Below, piece by piece: positions 17,912 to 28,106 of a stretch of DNA of 64,000 nt. Where the stretch lies: contig CAYHLC010000004.1 in NCBI GenBank assembly GCA_964357395.1, positions 920-64,919 on the forward strand, written 5' to 3'. The stretch is from an uncultured Candidatus Saccharibacteria bacterium. GTDB lineage: Bacteria; Patescibacteriota; Minisyncoccia; Phycocordibacterales; Phycocordibacteraceae. How positions within the stretch are numbered: the first letter of the stretch is position 1; each line of letters begins with the position of its first letter. The translations under genes and the position numbers were made by a program. The notes under the pieces are model-generated. The model made no database searches. It saw only the letters and a program-made list of their open reading frames with translations, and was not told where the DNA came from.

Positions 17912-20900
17912 ATGCTCAAAGTCTCAACGTGGCTCCACAAGTCAGTGTCGGCAGTAACCATAACCACACTCCTTGTTGCTAGCGCCGGGTCACTCGTAGC
18001 CCCAGTGGTAGCCCAGGCAGACGCTCCGTCAATCCTGAAAATTACCTGCGACGCCGTCGTTCAGAATGGCAATGATTGGACGTTTAGTGGAACCTGGACC
18101 GCAATCGACTTTCCTGGTCTAGAGTCTGCTTATGATGCTGCCCTTTTTTCTCCTACCGGGACTATAAAGGATTCTGAATCACGAACTGCCCCCGATACCT
18201 TTATTGCTACCTCGACGGGGACAAGCTTTGCTGGTGCGTCTAATAAAAATGATGCACAGGGGACGTGGTCAAACATTGAAAATTTTTCGAGCGCCCCCGC
18301 TTCAGTAAATGCAGTGCTCTACCACCAAGGAGTTCCAGGAAATGAGTCATCAAACACAGTAGACGGTACTTGTTCTTTCGCACCACTTTTGACCAAGGGT
18401 GGCCTTGTCGTTAAGAAGGTATTGATCAATGACAACGGTGGTACGGCTGCGACGTCCACCTTCTCCTTCACTATCCCCGGCGTCAACGGCGGCAACTCGA
18501 TTGCCTTTGAGGCAGATGGTCAGAACGACTTCACCCTCACTGCTGGCGCATACACTGTGACCGAGGTCGCAGCTGCAGGATATGCAGCGGCATACTCGGT
18601 TGGCTGCGCTCAGGGTGTTACCGCAGGCGCAACCACAACCTGTACGATCACCAACAACGACGTCGCCCCAAAGCTCACCGTTACCAAGGTGGTCACGAAT
18701 GACAGTGGCGGCACCAAAGTTATTGCCGGCTTCCCTCTTTTTGTTGACGGAAACAGCGTTACCTCGGGTGTGCAGAACACCTTTCTAGCAGGCGCACACA
18801 CCGTTACAGAGACCGGTATACCAACAGAGTACGCGGCTACCATTAGCGGCGACTGTGCAGCAGACGGTACTATCACGCTCGCCGTAGGCGACGTGAAGGC
18901 CTGTACGATCACCAACAACGACATCGCTCCGAAATTGACGGTTACCAAAGTGCTCAACTTTACGCACGGCGGCACCAAAATCGTTTCCGACTTCCAACTC
19001 CTTCTTGATAATGTCGTTAACATCCTGTCGGGTGTACAAAACACACTTACCGCAGGTGCGTTCACTGTTGGCGAGGTTGCTACGCTCGGCTATAGCGGAG
19101 TGGTAAGTGGCGACTGTGCTGCAGACGGCACGATCACGCTTGCACTCGGCGAGGTCAAGACGTGTACGGTTACGAACTCAGACGTCGCACCTGCGCTCAC
19201 ACTCACCAAGATTGTCTCTGGTGGTCCGAATGTTGCAGCCGACTGGACGCTTACCGCAGCAGGCCCAACGCCACTCTCTGGTACAGCACCAGTTGCAAGC
19301 GACGTCGACTTTACTGCAGGTACGTATACGCTTGGCGAGTCAGCAGGCGAGTCAGTGAGTCCGTACTATGTCGCATCAGCTTGGGTCTGTACTGGCGGAG
19401 TACAGGTCTCAAACACCGTCGCGCTTACGGTAGGACAGAGCGCCTCATGTACGATTACCAATACCTATACCCCGCCGGTCTGCGATGACGGCATCGATAA
19501 CGACGGCGACACATTTGTTGACGCTGACGATGTTGGTTGCGAGTCACCAACCGATACCAGCGAGGCCAACGAATCAACACTCCTCCTCTGCACTGACGGT
19601 CAGGACAATGACGGTGACGAGCTTATCGACCTTGCTGACAGCAACTGCTCGGCATACATCCCGACACTCACGGTAGTTAAGAACTTGATCAATGACTCAA
19701 ACACTGGCGGTACGCTTGGCGTAACTGACTTTGCTTTCCAGATCAACGGTGGTGATATGACTTCGTTCGATGGTGACGGCTCGGTCACTACGAACATGCC
19801 TGTCGGAGCATACTCGGTAACCGAGAGTGCAGCTGGCTACACGACCTCTTTCTCTGCTGACTGTTCGGGTTCACTCGCAGCTGACGAGGACAAGATCTGT
19901 ACGATCACGAACGATGACCTGCCAACGACGATCACCGTTGTTAAAAGCTTGATTACTGACTCTGGCAAGAGTGCAGCGGTAACCGACTTCTCGTTTGCAG
20001 TTAACGACAATGACCCAGTATCATTTGACGAAGATGGCTCGGTGACACTCACTGTTGTTCCTGGTGATGCGTATTCGATCGTTGAGACCGTGGCAGCTGG
20101 GTATACAACTACGTATCAGTATGGCGAGACGGAGAGCTGCGGAAATATCACCATTACACTCGGCCAGAATGTCCAATGTACTATCATCAACGATGACGTA
20201 CCGGCATGTTCGGACGGTATCGAGAACGACGGTGACGGCCTTACTGATATGGATGATCCAGGCTGCCATACCGACCTCGACCCCGAGAATAGCGAGTCGT
20301 ATGACGCCAACCTCGAGAGCGAGGGCAACGAGTCGACACTCGCACTCTGCACCGACGGCATTGATAACGATAACGACACGGACGTAGACTTCGAGGACGC
20401 AGACTGCGCACCACTGATGCCAACGATTAAGCTCGTGAAGACGGTGACCAACGATAGCGGCACTGGTACCTCGGTTGTTGCAGATTTCGTACTGAACGTA
20501 GGCGCAACTGCAGTACTCTCGGGTGCGACAACTGCGTTTGTCCCTGGCGCATACACCGTAACTGAAACAGGCCCCGCAGGCTACACCGGCACTATCGGTG
20601 GCCACTGTGCAGCCGACGGCACTATTACTCTGGTAGCAGGCGAGACGTACGAGTGTACGATCACCAACGACGACATCGTTGCTCCTCCAGTTAACGGCCA
20701 GTGTAACGACACAATCGACAACGAAGGTGACACCCTGATCGACCAGCAGGACCCACAATGCTCACCAAACGGTGTGTATGATCCAGGCGCAACAGAGGCA
20801 GGCCCATCATCAGGCGGCCCTGGCGGCGGTGGCATTATTGGCGGCGGTGGCGGAGGCTCGGTCCTCGGCGCGTCAACGGTAGGCCAGGTCCTCGGTACGA

Positions 20901-21229
20901 GTTGCGGCGTGTACATGGATCGCTACGTCCGCATCGGCAAGAAGAACAATGTCGAGCAGGTCAAGAAGTTGCAGGCATTCCTCAATAAGCAGGGTGCGGC
21001 GCTCCCACTCACAGGATTCTTCGGACCACTCTCACTTGGCGCGGTCATGAAGTTCCAAGCGCAGTATGCAGACAGCATCTTGAAGCCGTGGGGCATCACG
21101 ACGCCAACCGGCATCGTGTACCAGACGACGCTCTGGCAGATCAACAAGGTCGAGTGCCCAGAGCTCACCTCGCAGGTCCCTACGCTTATCGAGTGGTCAA
21201 AGAGTACTGACCCCGCAAAGCCTGAGTAG
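17912..21229 (+). CDS. Large secreted repeat protein (Ig/prealbumin-like repeats, CxDGxDNDGD repeats, C-terminal peptidoglycan-binding domain)
   Basis: Signal peptide; ~7 repeats L.V.K...N.......YTVTE....Y......C......CTITNND; acidic CxDGxDNDGD units; VKKLQ.FLN...TGFFGP....AV..FQ. Confidence 0.88.
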   Translation: MLKVSTWLHKSVSAVTITTLLVASAGSLVAPVVAQADAPSILKITCDAVVQNGNDWTFSGTWTAIDFPGLESAYDAALFSPTGTIKDSESRTAPDTFIATSTGTSFAGASNKNDAQGTWSNIENFSSAPASVNAVLYHQGVPGNESSNTVDGTCSFAPLLTKGGLVVKKVLINDNGGTAATSTFSFTIPGVNGGNSIAFEADGQNDFTLTAGAYTVTEVAAAGYAAAYSVGCAQGVTAGATTTCTITNNDVAPKLTVTKVVTNDSGGTKVIAGFPLFVDGNSVTSGVQNTFLAGAHTVTETGIPTEYAATISGDCAADGTITLAVGDVKACTITNNDIAPKLTVTKVLNFTHGGTKIVSDFQLLLDNVVNILSGVQNTLTAGAFTVGEVATLGYSGVVSGDCAADGTITLALGEVKTCTVTNSDVAPALTLTKIVSGGPNVAADWTLTAAGPTPLSGTAPVASDVDFTAGTYTLGESAGESVSPYYVASAWVCTGGVQVSNTVALTVGQSASCTITNTYTPPVCDDGIDNDGDTFVDADDVGCESPTDTSEANESTLLLCTDGQDNDGDELIDLADSNCSAYIPTLTVVKNLINDSNTGGTLGVTDFAFQINGGDMTSFDGDGSVTTNMPVGAYSVTESAAGYTTSFSADCSGSLAADEDKICTITNDDLPTTITVVKSLITDSGKSAAVTDFSFAVNDNDPVSFDEDGSVTLTVVPGDAYSIVETVAAGYTTTYQYGETESCGNITITLGQNVQCTIINDDVPACSDGIENDGDGLTDMDDPGCHTDLDPENSESYDANLESEGNESTLALCTDGIDNDNDTDVDFEDADCAPLMPTIKLVKTVTNDSGTGTSVVADFVLNVGATAVLSGATTAFVPGAYTVTETGPAGYTGTIGGHCAADGTITLVAGETYECTITNDDIVAPPVNGQCNDTIDNEGDTLIDQQDPQCSPNGVYDPGATEAGPSSGGPGGGGIIGGGGGGSVLGASTVGQVLGTSCGVYMDRYVRIGKKNNVEQVKKLQAFLNKQGAALPLTGFFGPLSLGAVMKFQAQYADSILKPWGITTPTGIVYQTTLWQINKVECPELTSQVPTLIEWSKSTDPAKPE

Positions 21230-21236
21230 TTATCAT

Positions 21237-21271
21237 AAAGAATCCCCAAGGCGACGCCTTGGGGATTCTTT
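21237..21271. terminator. Perfect 17-bp inverted repeat, bidirectional terminator with AGGCGACGCCT core
   Basis: AAAGAATCCCCAAGGCG-A-CGCCTTGGGGATTCTTT. Confidence 0.85.
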
Positions 21272-21272
21272 G

Positions 21273-21527
21273 CTATTCAAGCTCTTTGTACACCTTTGAG
21301 CGGTGACCCACAATAACCACCATGAACGTCCCACTATCTAATGTGCCGATAACACGATAATCACCCACTCGGATCTTATAGGCGCTCGTATCTTTGAGCT
21401 TGGTCAGAACAGGAAATGCCTGTGTCAGTGTGGCAACGTGACGCATCTTTTCCGCAACGCGCTTTTGTGTCTTTTGGGGGAGTAATTTCAGCTGCTGAGC
21501 TGCTTTGGCCGTCCAAAGGATGTGCAT
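21273..21527 (-). CDS. RelE/ParE-family toxin
   Basis: A..QLK.L....QKR, YKIRVGDYRVI, VGHRSKVY. Confidence 0.9.
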   Translation of the reverse strand: MHILWTAKAAQQLKLLPQKTQKRVAEKMRHVATLTQAFPVLTKLKDTSAYKIRVGDYRVIGTLDSGTFMVVIVGHRSKVYKELE

Positions 21528-21530
21528 ACC

Positions 21531-21767
21531 CTAGAGACCAAGCTCTCGAAACACTTCCTCTTGTGGAGTGACGCGCCCAGCCTTGGCATCAGCAAGCCCA
21601 TCGAGCAAATCACGCTCGAAGGTCGAGAGGACGATCCGATCGTCGACATAGGCCTGTGCTGCGAGGTTGAAGACCGCACTCATCGTGAGGCCTTGCTTGC
21701 GAGCCTTCTTTGCCAGCGCCTCCTTCAGCTTTTTTGGGGTGTTAAAAATGATCTTAGTAGTGCTCAT
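21531..21767 (-). CDS. Antitoxin (ribbon-helix-helix type)
   Basis: KIIFNTPKKLKE..., C-terminal GL.D.KAGRV...EEVFRELGL; directly upstream of the toxin. Confidence 0.85.
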   Translation of the reverse strand: MSTTKIIFNTPKKLKEALAKKARKQGLTMSAVFNLAAQAYVDDRIVLSTFERDLLDGLADAKAGRVTPQEEVFRELGL

Positions 21768-21773
21768 GTGCGC

Positions 21774-21802
21774 AGTATATACCCCGTATATATGCCTGTC
21801 AA
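21774..21802 (-). promoter_or_regulatory. Sigma-70 promoter of the TA operon with palindromic operator
   Basis: TTGACA-17nt-TATACT, ATG 6 nt downstream; TATATAC-N3-GTATATA inverted repeat overlapping the spacer. Confidence 0.85.
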
Positions 21803-21854
21803 CAGTGGTCAACGTAGGGGTGGCGGAAGCCGATTTTTGCTATACTGTGAGCAT

Positions 21855-22655
21855 ATGAACAAACTAACCAAAGTAGCGCTCGTCGGCATCGTTATGCTTG
21901 GCTTCGCAGCACCAGCATACGCCAGCCACTCATGGGGCAATTATCATTGGGCACGGGCAGCGAACCCGTTTACCCTCAAGCTCGGTGACGCAGTAACGCC
22001 TGCATGGGATCAATACCTCGCCGAGGCATCAGCAGACTGGACAGCGTCATCAGTACTCAACACTACAATCGTGCCGAGTACAGTCAATCCGAGGACCTGC
22101 AAGGCCACGGCCGGCCGCATCGAGGTCTGTAACTCCAAGTACGGCAACAATGGTTGGCTCGGTATCGCTACCATCTGGGCCGACGGCAACGCGCATATCA
22201 CCCGCGCGACCACCAAGCTCAACGACTCATACTTCAACACGCCAACCTACAACACTCCCGCATGGCGTCGCCTGGTAACCTGCCAAGAGATCGCGCACGA
22301 CTTCGGGCTCGACCACCAGGACGAGGCCTTCGCCAACGTGAACCTCGGCACCTGTATGGACTACACCAACGATCCTGATGGGGGAGGCGCCTATGGCCCA
22401 TCGAATGAGCACCCTAACGCTCACGACTACGAGCAGCTCGTGACTATGTACACCCACACCGACAGCTATACGACCGTCAACGCACTTGCCGCGCAGATAC
22501 GAGCGATGGCCAAGACCTTGGTTGTCGTCGATGACCAGGATGATGACCTCGGCGAGGCGGTAGGGCACGACGAACATGGCAATCCTAACAAGTTTGTCAA
22601 AACGTACGGCAATGGTACTACCAAGCTGACCCACGTCTTCTGGCTCCCAGAATAG
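21855..22655 (+). CDS. Secreted metzincin-like metalloprotease
   Basis: Signal peptide; CQEIAHDFGLDH plus downstream Met-turn TCMDY. Confidence 0.75.
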   Translation: MNKLTKVALVGIVMLGFAAPAYASHSWGNYHWARAANPFTLKLGDAVTPAWDQYLAEASADWTASSVLNTTIVPSTVNPRTCKATAGRIEVCNSKYGNNGWLGIATIWADGNAHITRATTKLNDSYFNTPTYNTPAWRRLVTCQEIAHDFGLDHQDEAFANVNLGTCMDYTNDPDGGGAYGPSNEHPNAHDYEQLVTMYTHTDSYTTVNALAAQIRAMAKTLVVVDDQDDDLGEAVGHDEHGNPNKFVKTYGNGTTKLTHVFWLPE

Positions 22656-22766
22656 GCCTTAAATAAGGCATATTGCTGCATTCCAAAGGCCTATATTAGG
22701 TCATAGACTTTTAATGAAAGCCAGAGTATGCTTAGGCAGACTCATTAATTGTCATAAATTAGAACT

Positions 22767-25700
22767 GTGTTTAAATACTCAACCCTCGCTGCTACGCTCG
22801 TTCTCGGGCTCGCATTTTTTATTAGCGCGCCTGCAGCACAGGCGGCAACGCTCACAACCGACAAGGCAGACTATTTCCCGGGCGAGACCGCCACGATCTG
22901 GGGCTCTCTCTTTGAGGCGTCTCAGGAAGTGGTCCTAACTATCGTAGGACTCAACGAGGACAGCAGCGAGGCAACTACCTACAGCTGGGGAGTTACAGCG
23001 GATGAGGGAGGCGCCTTCACCACCTTCTACGAACTGATTAACTCATACGTCCCGCTCTACCTTCTCGCAGCTACTGCAGATGGAGAGGTGATCGCTGAGA
23101 CGAGCTTCACCGATGCAAACTTGAGCGTCACTGTTTTGGGCGCGGGAACTGGTTCTGGCTCTGTTACAGCCACCAATATTACGTGCACTGTGACAACAGG
23201 TGTAGCGTCTGGAGATTGCGCACAAACATACGGCGGCAATCCGGCATCTACTGTTATTACCGCGTCACCATCTGTCGGCAGCACCTTCACCGGATGGTCT
23301 GGCGGCTGTACAGGAACAGGGACGTGCGCGCTCTCAACCTCAGGAACACTCAACACGACCGTTACGGCAACTTTCACATCTTCGATTAGTGCGCAGACCA
23401 TCACTGTCACAACCCCTGCTCCTGCATCGGCAATTTATGACAACACGTTCCCCGTCGCCGCAACGGCAAGCTCTGGTCTAGGTGTAGCTATCACAACCAC
23501 GGGTTCGTGCTCTGGCAGCGGAACAAGTTCTGCAATTATCACGATGACGTCGGGAACGGGAAGCTGTGTCGTGCACTATAACCAAGCAGGCAACGGCACG
23601 TATAGTGCTGCATCGGAAGTCACCAGCAACACGACCGCCACAAAACGCGCTGTGTCTGCGAACATAACCGCAGACGACAAGGCGTATGACTCAACGACAT
23701 TTGCAAATGTGAGCGCCTGCGAACTCTCGGGGCAGGTAGGTGGTGATGATGTTACCTGTTCGTCTCCTGATGGTAACTTCCTCGACAAACATGTCGGCAT
23801 AGGAAAGTCGGTTCTTGTGCTAAGCGGCATCACACTTGGCGGAACCGATGCCGCGGATTACGAACTCGTTTCCGACAGCGATGCGGATGCCGCCGACATC
23901 ACCCCGTACACCGGCATCATCGCGACCGCAACAGCGGATGACAAACCATACGACGCTACGACTGCCGCGACCGCGCTCCTCTCCTTTGGAAATGTATTTC
24001 TTGGCGATGATCTCACTCCTTCCGGATATACCAGCGCAACCTTCGACACCGCAAACGTCGGTACCAACAAGACCGTCACGGTCCTTGGTATCACCGGTTC
24101 TGGCGCAGACGTCGGCAACTACACCTGGAACACCTCTGACACCGACCTTGCGGACATCACGGCAGTCGACGCCGTCTGTACCATAGTCGGATACTCCGAC
24201 ACCTATGACGCACTCCCACATGGCGCAACAGGCTCCTGCACAGGTGTCGAAGGCGTGCTCACCGGCCTCGTACTCGGTGACTCCTTCACAGACGTGCCCG
24301 GCGGCACCGCGAACTGGTCGTTCTTGAACCAAAACTACAACCCTGAGAACGGCTCGGTCCCGATCGAGATTCTGGCACTCTCCCTCGTCGGTTCCTTCAC
24401 CGCAGACAACAAAGTATACGACAGTACCACAGATGCTTCGGTGTTGACGCGCTCAGTGACAGGCCTTGGCCTCGATGATGTCACTCTCACCGGCGGCACC
24501 GCGACCTTCGACACAAAGAATGTTGGCAACGATAAGACCGTCACCCTCACTGGCGCAACCTTGGGTGGTGTTGACGCAGGCAACTACAGCCTCCTTTCTG
24601 TCGACACGACCACCGCCGACATCACCCCGTACACCGGCATCATCGCGACCGCAACAGCGGATGACAAACCATACGACGCTACGACTGCCGCGACCGCGCT
24701 CCTCTCCTTTGGAAATGTATTTCTTGGCGATGATCTCACTCCTTCCGGATATACCAGCGCAACCTTCGACACTGCAAACGTCGGCATCGACAAGACCGTC
24801 ACGGTCCTGGGCATCACCGGTTCTGGTGCAGACGTCGGCAACTACACCTGGAACACCTCTGACACCGACCTTGCCGACATCACGCCAGTCGACGCTGTCT
24901 GTACCATAGTCGGATACGACGTGACCTACGACGCCACTGCTCACACCGCAACAGGATCATGTCTTGGGGTGGAGGGAGAGACGCTCGCGGGTATTGATCT
25001 AACAAGTACAACACACATTGCTGCTGGTAGTTACCCAACTGACCCGTGGACATTTACTGCTCCCAACAACAACTATCTTAATGATTTAGGCACTGTCGCT
25101 AACAGCATTGCTCAAGCAGATGCGTCGTGCTCAGTGAGTGGATTTAGTGGAAATTACGATGGTTTACCTCACGGAGCAACAGGAACGTGTGAGGGAGTAG
25201 GAGGTGACGGAACGCTCCCTGGTCTTGATCTCGGCCTAACGTTTACTGATGTTCCAGGTGGCAATGCGCATTGGGTGTTTACTGACACTACCGGCAACTA
25301 CAATGATGATGTGGGCGATGTAGCGATAACTATCACGGAAGCCCCTTCGACCGTAACGGTTGACTGTACTGCCGGTGCGCCATATACGTACACAGGTGTT
25401 GCTCAAACTCCATGTACCGCGAGCGCAACGGGTGTTGGTATCGTCTCTCCAATTGATGTCACAGGCTCATTGGTGTATGGCAACAACGTACACGTAGGAA
25501 ACGCGACAGCAGACGCAAGCTGGGATGGTGACGTCAACCACTTCGGCGACACAGGTTCAGGCGGCTTTGTTATCGGGCAGGCAGCACTTACGGTGACCGC
25601 CTCAAGCGCTTCGGTACTCCAGGGTGCAGCAATGCCCCTCTTCACCCCAAGCTACTCAGGCTTCGTAAATGGTGAGGTAGCGGGCGTACTTGATACCGCA

Positions 25701-26195
25701 CCAACGTGTTCTGCATCAGTAGCAGACACAAGCACTCCTGGCAGCTACCCAACTAACTGCGTAGGCGGTACCGATAATGACTATAGTTTCGGCTACGTTT
25801 CTGGCACACTGCATGTCTTCTCACTCGATTCAGTATTTAATGGGCTCTTCAACCCACTGAAAATATCGATCAAGGACTTCCAGAAGGGAAGCACGATTCC
25901 AGTGAAGTTCTCTCTGAACGGTGGGTTCGGCAACTTCTTTGGTGGTGATGCAAGATTGATGGTGAATGACGCAACATTGAATCCAGTTACTCCAGTGTGG
26001 GTGCCTGTTGTCTCAAGCGGCGGGTCAAATGTTGGCAATCTCTTCCGATACGACGCAGCAGCAGGGCAGTACATCTTCAATCTCTCAACGAAGATGACTC
26101 TGTTCAAGGCTGCACACGTATATGATTTCAAGGTCACGATTAACGGCATTGATCAGGTTGCTATTCAGCAGGCAGCAATCAAACTTCAGAAATAA
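22767..26195 (+). CDS. Large adhesin-like protein (YDG/MBG-type repeats, C-terminal PxKF domain)
   Basis: Signal peptide; K.YD.TT.A...F...NVG..K.V repeats; PSYSGFVNG; GSTIPVKF...FRYD...QYIFNL. Confidence 0.88.
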   Translation: MFKYSTLAATLVLGLAFFISAPAAQAATLTTDKADYFPGETATIWGSLFEASQEVVLTIVGLNEDSSEATTYSWGVTADEGGAFTTFYELINSYVPLYLLAATADGEVIAETSFTDANLSVTVLGAGTGSGSVTATNITCTVTTGVASGDCAQTYGGNPASTVITASPSVGSTFTGWSGGCTGTGTCALSTSGTLNTTVTATFTSSISAQTITVTTPAPASAIYDNTFPVAATASSGLGVAITTTGSCSGSGTSSAIITMTSGTGSCVVHYNQAGNGTYSAASEVTSNTTATKRAVSANITADDKAYDSTTFANVSACELSGQVGGDDVTCSSPDGNFLDKHVGIGKSVLVLSGITLGGTDAADYELVSDSDADAADITPYTGIIATATADDKPYDATTAATALLSFGNVFLGDDLTPSGYTSATFDTANVGTNKTVTVLGITGSGADVGNYTWNTSDTDLADITAVDAVCTIVGYSDTYDALPHGATGSCTGVEGVLTGLVLGDSFTDVPGGTANWSFLNQNYNPENGSVPIEILALSLVGSFTADNKVYDSTTDASVLTRSVTGLGLDDVTLTGGTATFDTKNVGNDKTVTLTGATLGGVDAGNYSLLSVDTTTADITPYTGIIATATADDKPYDATTAATALLSFGNVFLGDDLTPSGYTSATFDTANVGIDKTVTVLGITGSGADVGNYTWNTSDTDLADITPVDAVCTIVGYDVTYDATAHTATGSCLGVEGETLAGIDLTSTTHIAAGSYPTDPWTFTAPNNNYLNDLGTVANSIAQADASCSVSGFSGNYDGLPHGATGTCEGVGGDGTLPGLDLGLTFTDVPGGNAHWVFTDTTGNYNDDVGDVAITITEAPSTVTVDCTAGAPYTYTGVAQTPCTASATGVGIVSPIDVTGSLVYGNNVHVGNATADASWDGDVNHFGDTGSGGFVIGQAALTVTASSASVLQGAAMPLFTPSYSGFVNGEVAGVLDTAPTCSASVADTSTPGSYPTNCVGGTDNDYSFGYVSGTLHVFSLDSVFNGLFNPLKISIKDFQKGSTIPVKFSLNGGFGNFFGGDARLMVNDATLNPVTPVWVPVVSSGGSNVGNLFRYDAAAGQYIFNLSTKMTLFKAAHVYDFKVTINGIDQVAIQQAAIKLQK
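23890..24917 (+). repeat. Intragenic ~305-bp direct repeat (23890-24194 and 24613-24917)
   Basis: First 160 bp identical; 10 substitutions counted in the remainder. Confidence 0.95.
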
Positions 26196-26225
26196 AGGTC
26201 AAGTAGTCGTCGATTAGCATAGGAC

Positions 26226-26261
26226 AACAAAAACACCACCAATCAAGGTGGTGTTTTTGTT
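26226..26261 (+). terminator. Intrinsic terminator
   Basis: AACAAAAACACCACC-AATCAA-GGTGGTGTTTTTGTT. Confidence 0.85.
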
Positions 26262-26446
26262 TTGCCCCTCTCAAAAAGTGAGTAGGTAAGCTCTGCATTG
26301 GGATTACGTATTGTCAAACTTATCCCCAAGCTATCCCCATGGTGATCTCACCCATACTTCATATACCTACATGCTAGTGTGCGGGTATGACCCACCACGG
26401 GCCAATTAATAGTCGCTTAGTCAATTATTAAAGCAAATAACAAAAA

Positions 26447-28003
26447 ATGAATATTCTTACTAAAGCGAGCGCCCTCTGGGCAGTGCCAGTAGCTACCGTA
26501 CTCGCACTTTCCCTCTTCGCAACTCCTGCGTTGGCAGAGAGCCCAGTTGGCTGTACAGCAGACAATAGCGTTGTGAATATTGCGGGCACTCCATCGACCG
26601 CAGTAGCTGGCGATGTGATCACATTTACTGTGACTGCAGGAAATCCTGTGTCAGCTGATGGGTGTGATATCACTGGTAGGACGATGACTCTTACGCTTCC
26701 GAACGGCGTACAGCATGTCTTTGGACCAAATAACTATCCGAACCCATCAGCACTTGCTGTAGCAGGTTCAGCGCCCTACGTCGCCAATAATGCTGACGCG
26801 GTAAACGGTTTCTGGACGGCAAATGTCTCCTGGAACGGTACGCTGAAGGCTGCTTCTGATCTCCCTTCGGATGGAAATAAGAACGCCTCTGTTGTTCAAG
26901 TATTGCCACTTACAGTTGTGAAGACTGTAAATACTACGTTTGATCGTGATTGGGATTGGACCATCAACAAGACTGGATCGGATACAAATCTCAATCTTCA
27001 AGAAGGTGAGCAGGTATCTGTGAACTACACGGTTGTGGTTGCCCCAACTTCGGAAAACATCAACCACGCAGTAAGCGGAAACATCACAATCACAAATCCG
27101 GTCGGAAATCCTTCCGCCACGGTCGCGACTGTGACTGACGTTCTGAACGTCTCTGGTGCAGCAGTAGTTGACTGTCCTGGCGGCCTACCGCAAGCGATTG
27201 CAGCAGGTGCCTCTCTTGTCTGTACGTACACAATGGCGGCTGCAAGCGCTACTGACACGCAGAACACAGCTACTGTCATTACGACTGGAAGTGTTCCGGG
27301 CGGAAACGACTCTGAAGCTGTTAGCTACGGTAGTCCCGTAAATGAGACCGACGAGTGTATCACTGTAGACGACACGAATCCGCAAGGACCTCAGGGTGTC
27401 GTTATTTGTCAGAATACTGCAGACAAATCACTCGAGTATTCTGTCTCGTTCGGTCCACAGGGTAACGTAGTTACCTCATGCGGACAGGGTGATCTGCACA
27501 ACGTTGCAGACTTCGTTACGAATGACAATCTTGAAGTAGGAAGCGACATCTGGGATGTTCACTGGACAGTGAACTGTTCTGTCGGTTGTACCCTGACTCA
27601 GGGGTACTGGAAGACTCACAACGCATCATTCAAGGGTGGAGCACCCGTTGATGCTGGATGGGAGCTCCTTGCTGGTGGATTGAAGGAAAACACCTTGTTC
27701 TTCGCAACTGGCAAGACATGGTTTGCGATCTTCAACACACCACCAAAGGGTAATGTGTACTTCAACCTTGCGCACCAGTACATGGCTGCAAAGTTAAACA
27801 TCCTCAATGGAGCATCGCCAACGCCAGCAGTATCAGCAGCTATCACAAGTGCTGAGGCACTCTTTACTTCAACCTCTATCGCGCAAGCAGCGCTACTTAA
27901 GGGTGGAGCAAAGACAAGCTGGACTAACCTTGCTGGAACTCTTGGTAGTTTCAACGAGGGGCTCATTGGGCCAGGGCACTGCGACGAGCAGATTCCGAAT
28001 TAA
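26447..28003 (+). CDS. Secreted Ig-like protein with C-terminal GCTLTQGYWK domain
   Basis: Signal peptide, DUF11-like Ig segments, GYWK...LA.QYMAAKLN. Confidence 0.82.
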   Translation: MNILTKASALWAVPVATVLALSLFATPALAESPVGCTADNSVVNIAGTPSTAVAGDVITFTVTAGNPVSADGCDITGRTMTLTLPNGVQHVFGPNNYPNPSALAVAGSAPYVANNADAVNGFWTANVSWNGTLKAASDLPSDGNKNASVVQVLPLTVVKTVNTTFDRDWDWTINKTGSDTNLNLQEGEQVSVNYTVVVAPTSENINHAVSGNITITNPVGNPSATVATVTDVLNVSGAAVVDCPGGLPQAIAAGASLVCTYTMAAASATDTQNTATVITTGSVPGGNDSEAVSYGSPVNETDECITVDDTNPQGPQGVVICQNTADKSLEYSVSFGPQGNVVTSCGQGDLHNVADFVTNDNLEVGSDIWDVHWTVNCSVGCTLTQGYWKTHNASFKGGAPVDAGWELLAGGLKENTLFFATGKTWFAIFNTPPKGNVYFNLAHQYMAAKLNILNGASPTPAVSAAITSAEALFTSTSIAQAALLKGGAKTSWTNLAGTLGSFNEGLIGPGHCDEQIPN

Positions 28004-28021
28004 GACCAATTATTAAAACAG

Positions 28022-28060
28022 AAAACCACCCCCTTCGCTACTGTTGCGGGGTGGTTTTTT
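28022..28060 (+). terminator. Intrinsic terminator
   Basis: AAAACCACCCC...GGGGTGGTTTTTT. Confidence 0.75.
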
Positions 28061-28106
28061 GTATACACTGGTGGTATTAGACCTACATAACCATTGATGT
28101 ATAGAT

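Noticed and set aside
21522-21854. N-terminal extension of the 377-aa ORF
   Set aside because: Antisense to the antitoxin; the signal peptide starts at 21855
23890-24917. Diversity-generating retroelement template/variable repeat pair
   Set aside because: Differences are not adenine-specific, both copies are in frame in one gene, and the window has no reverse transcriptase
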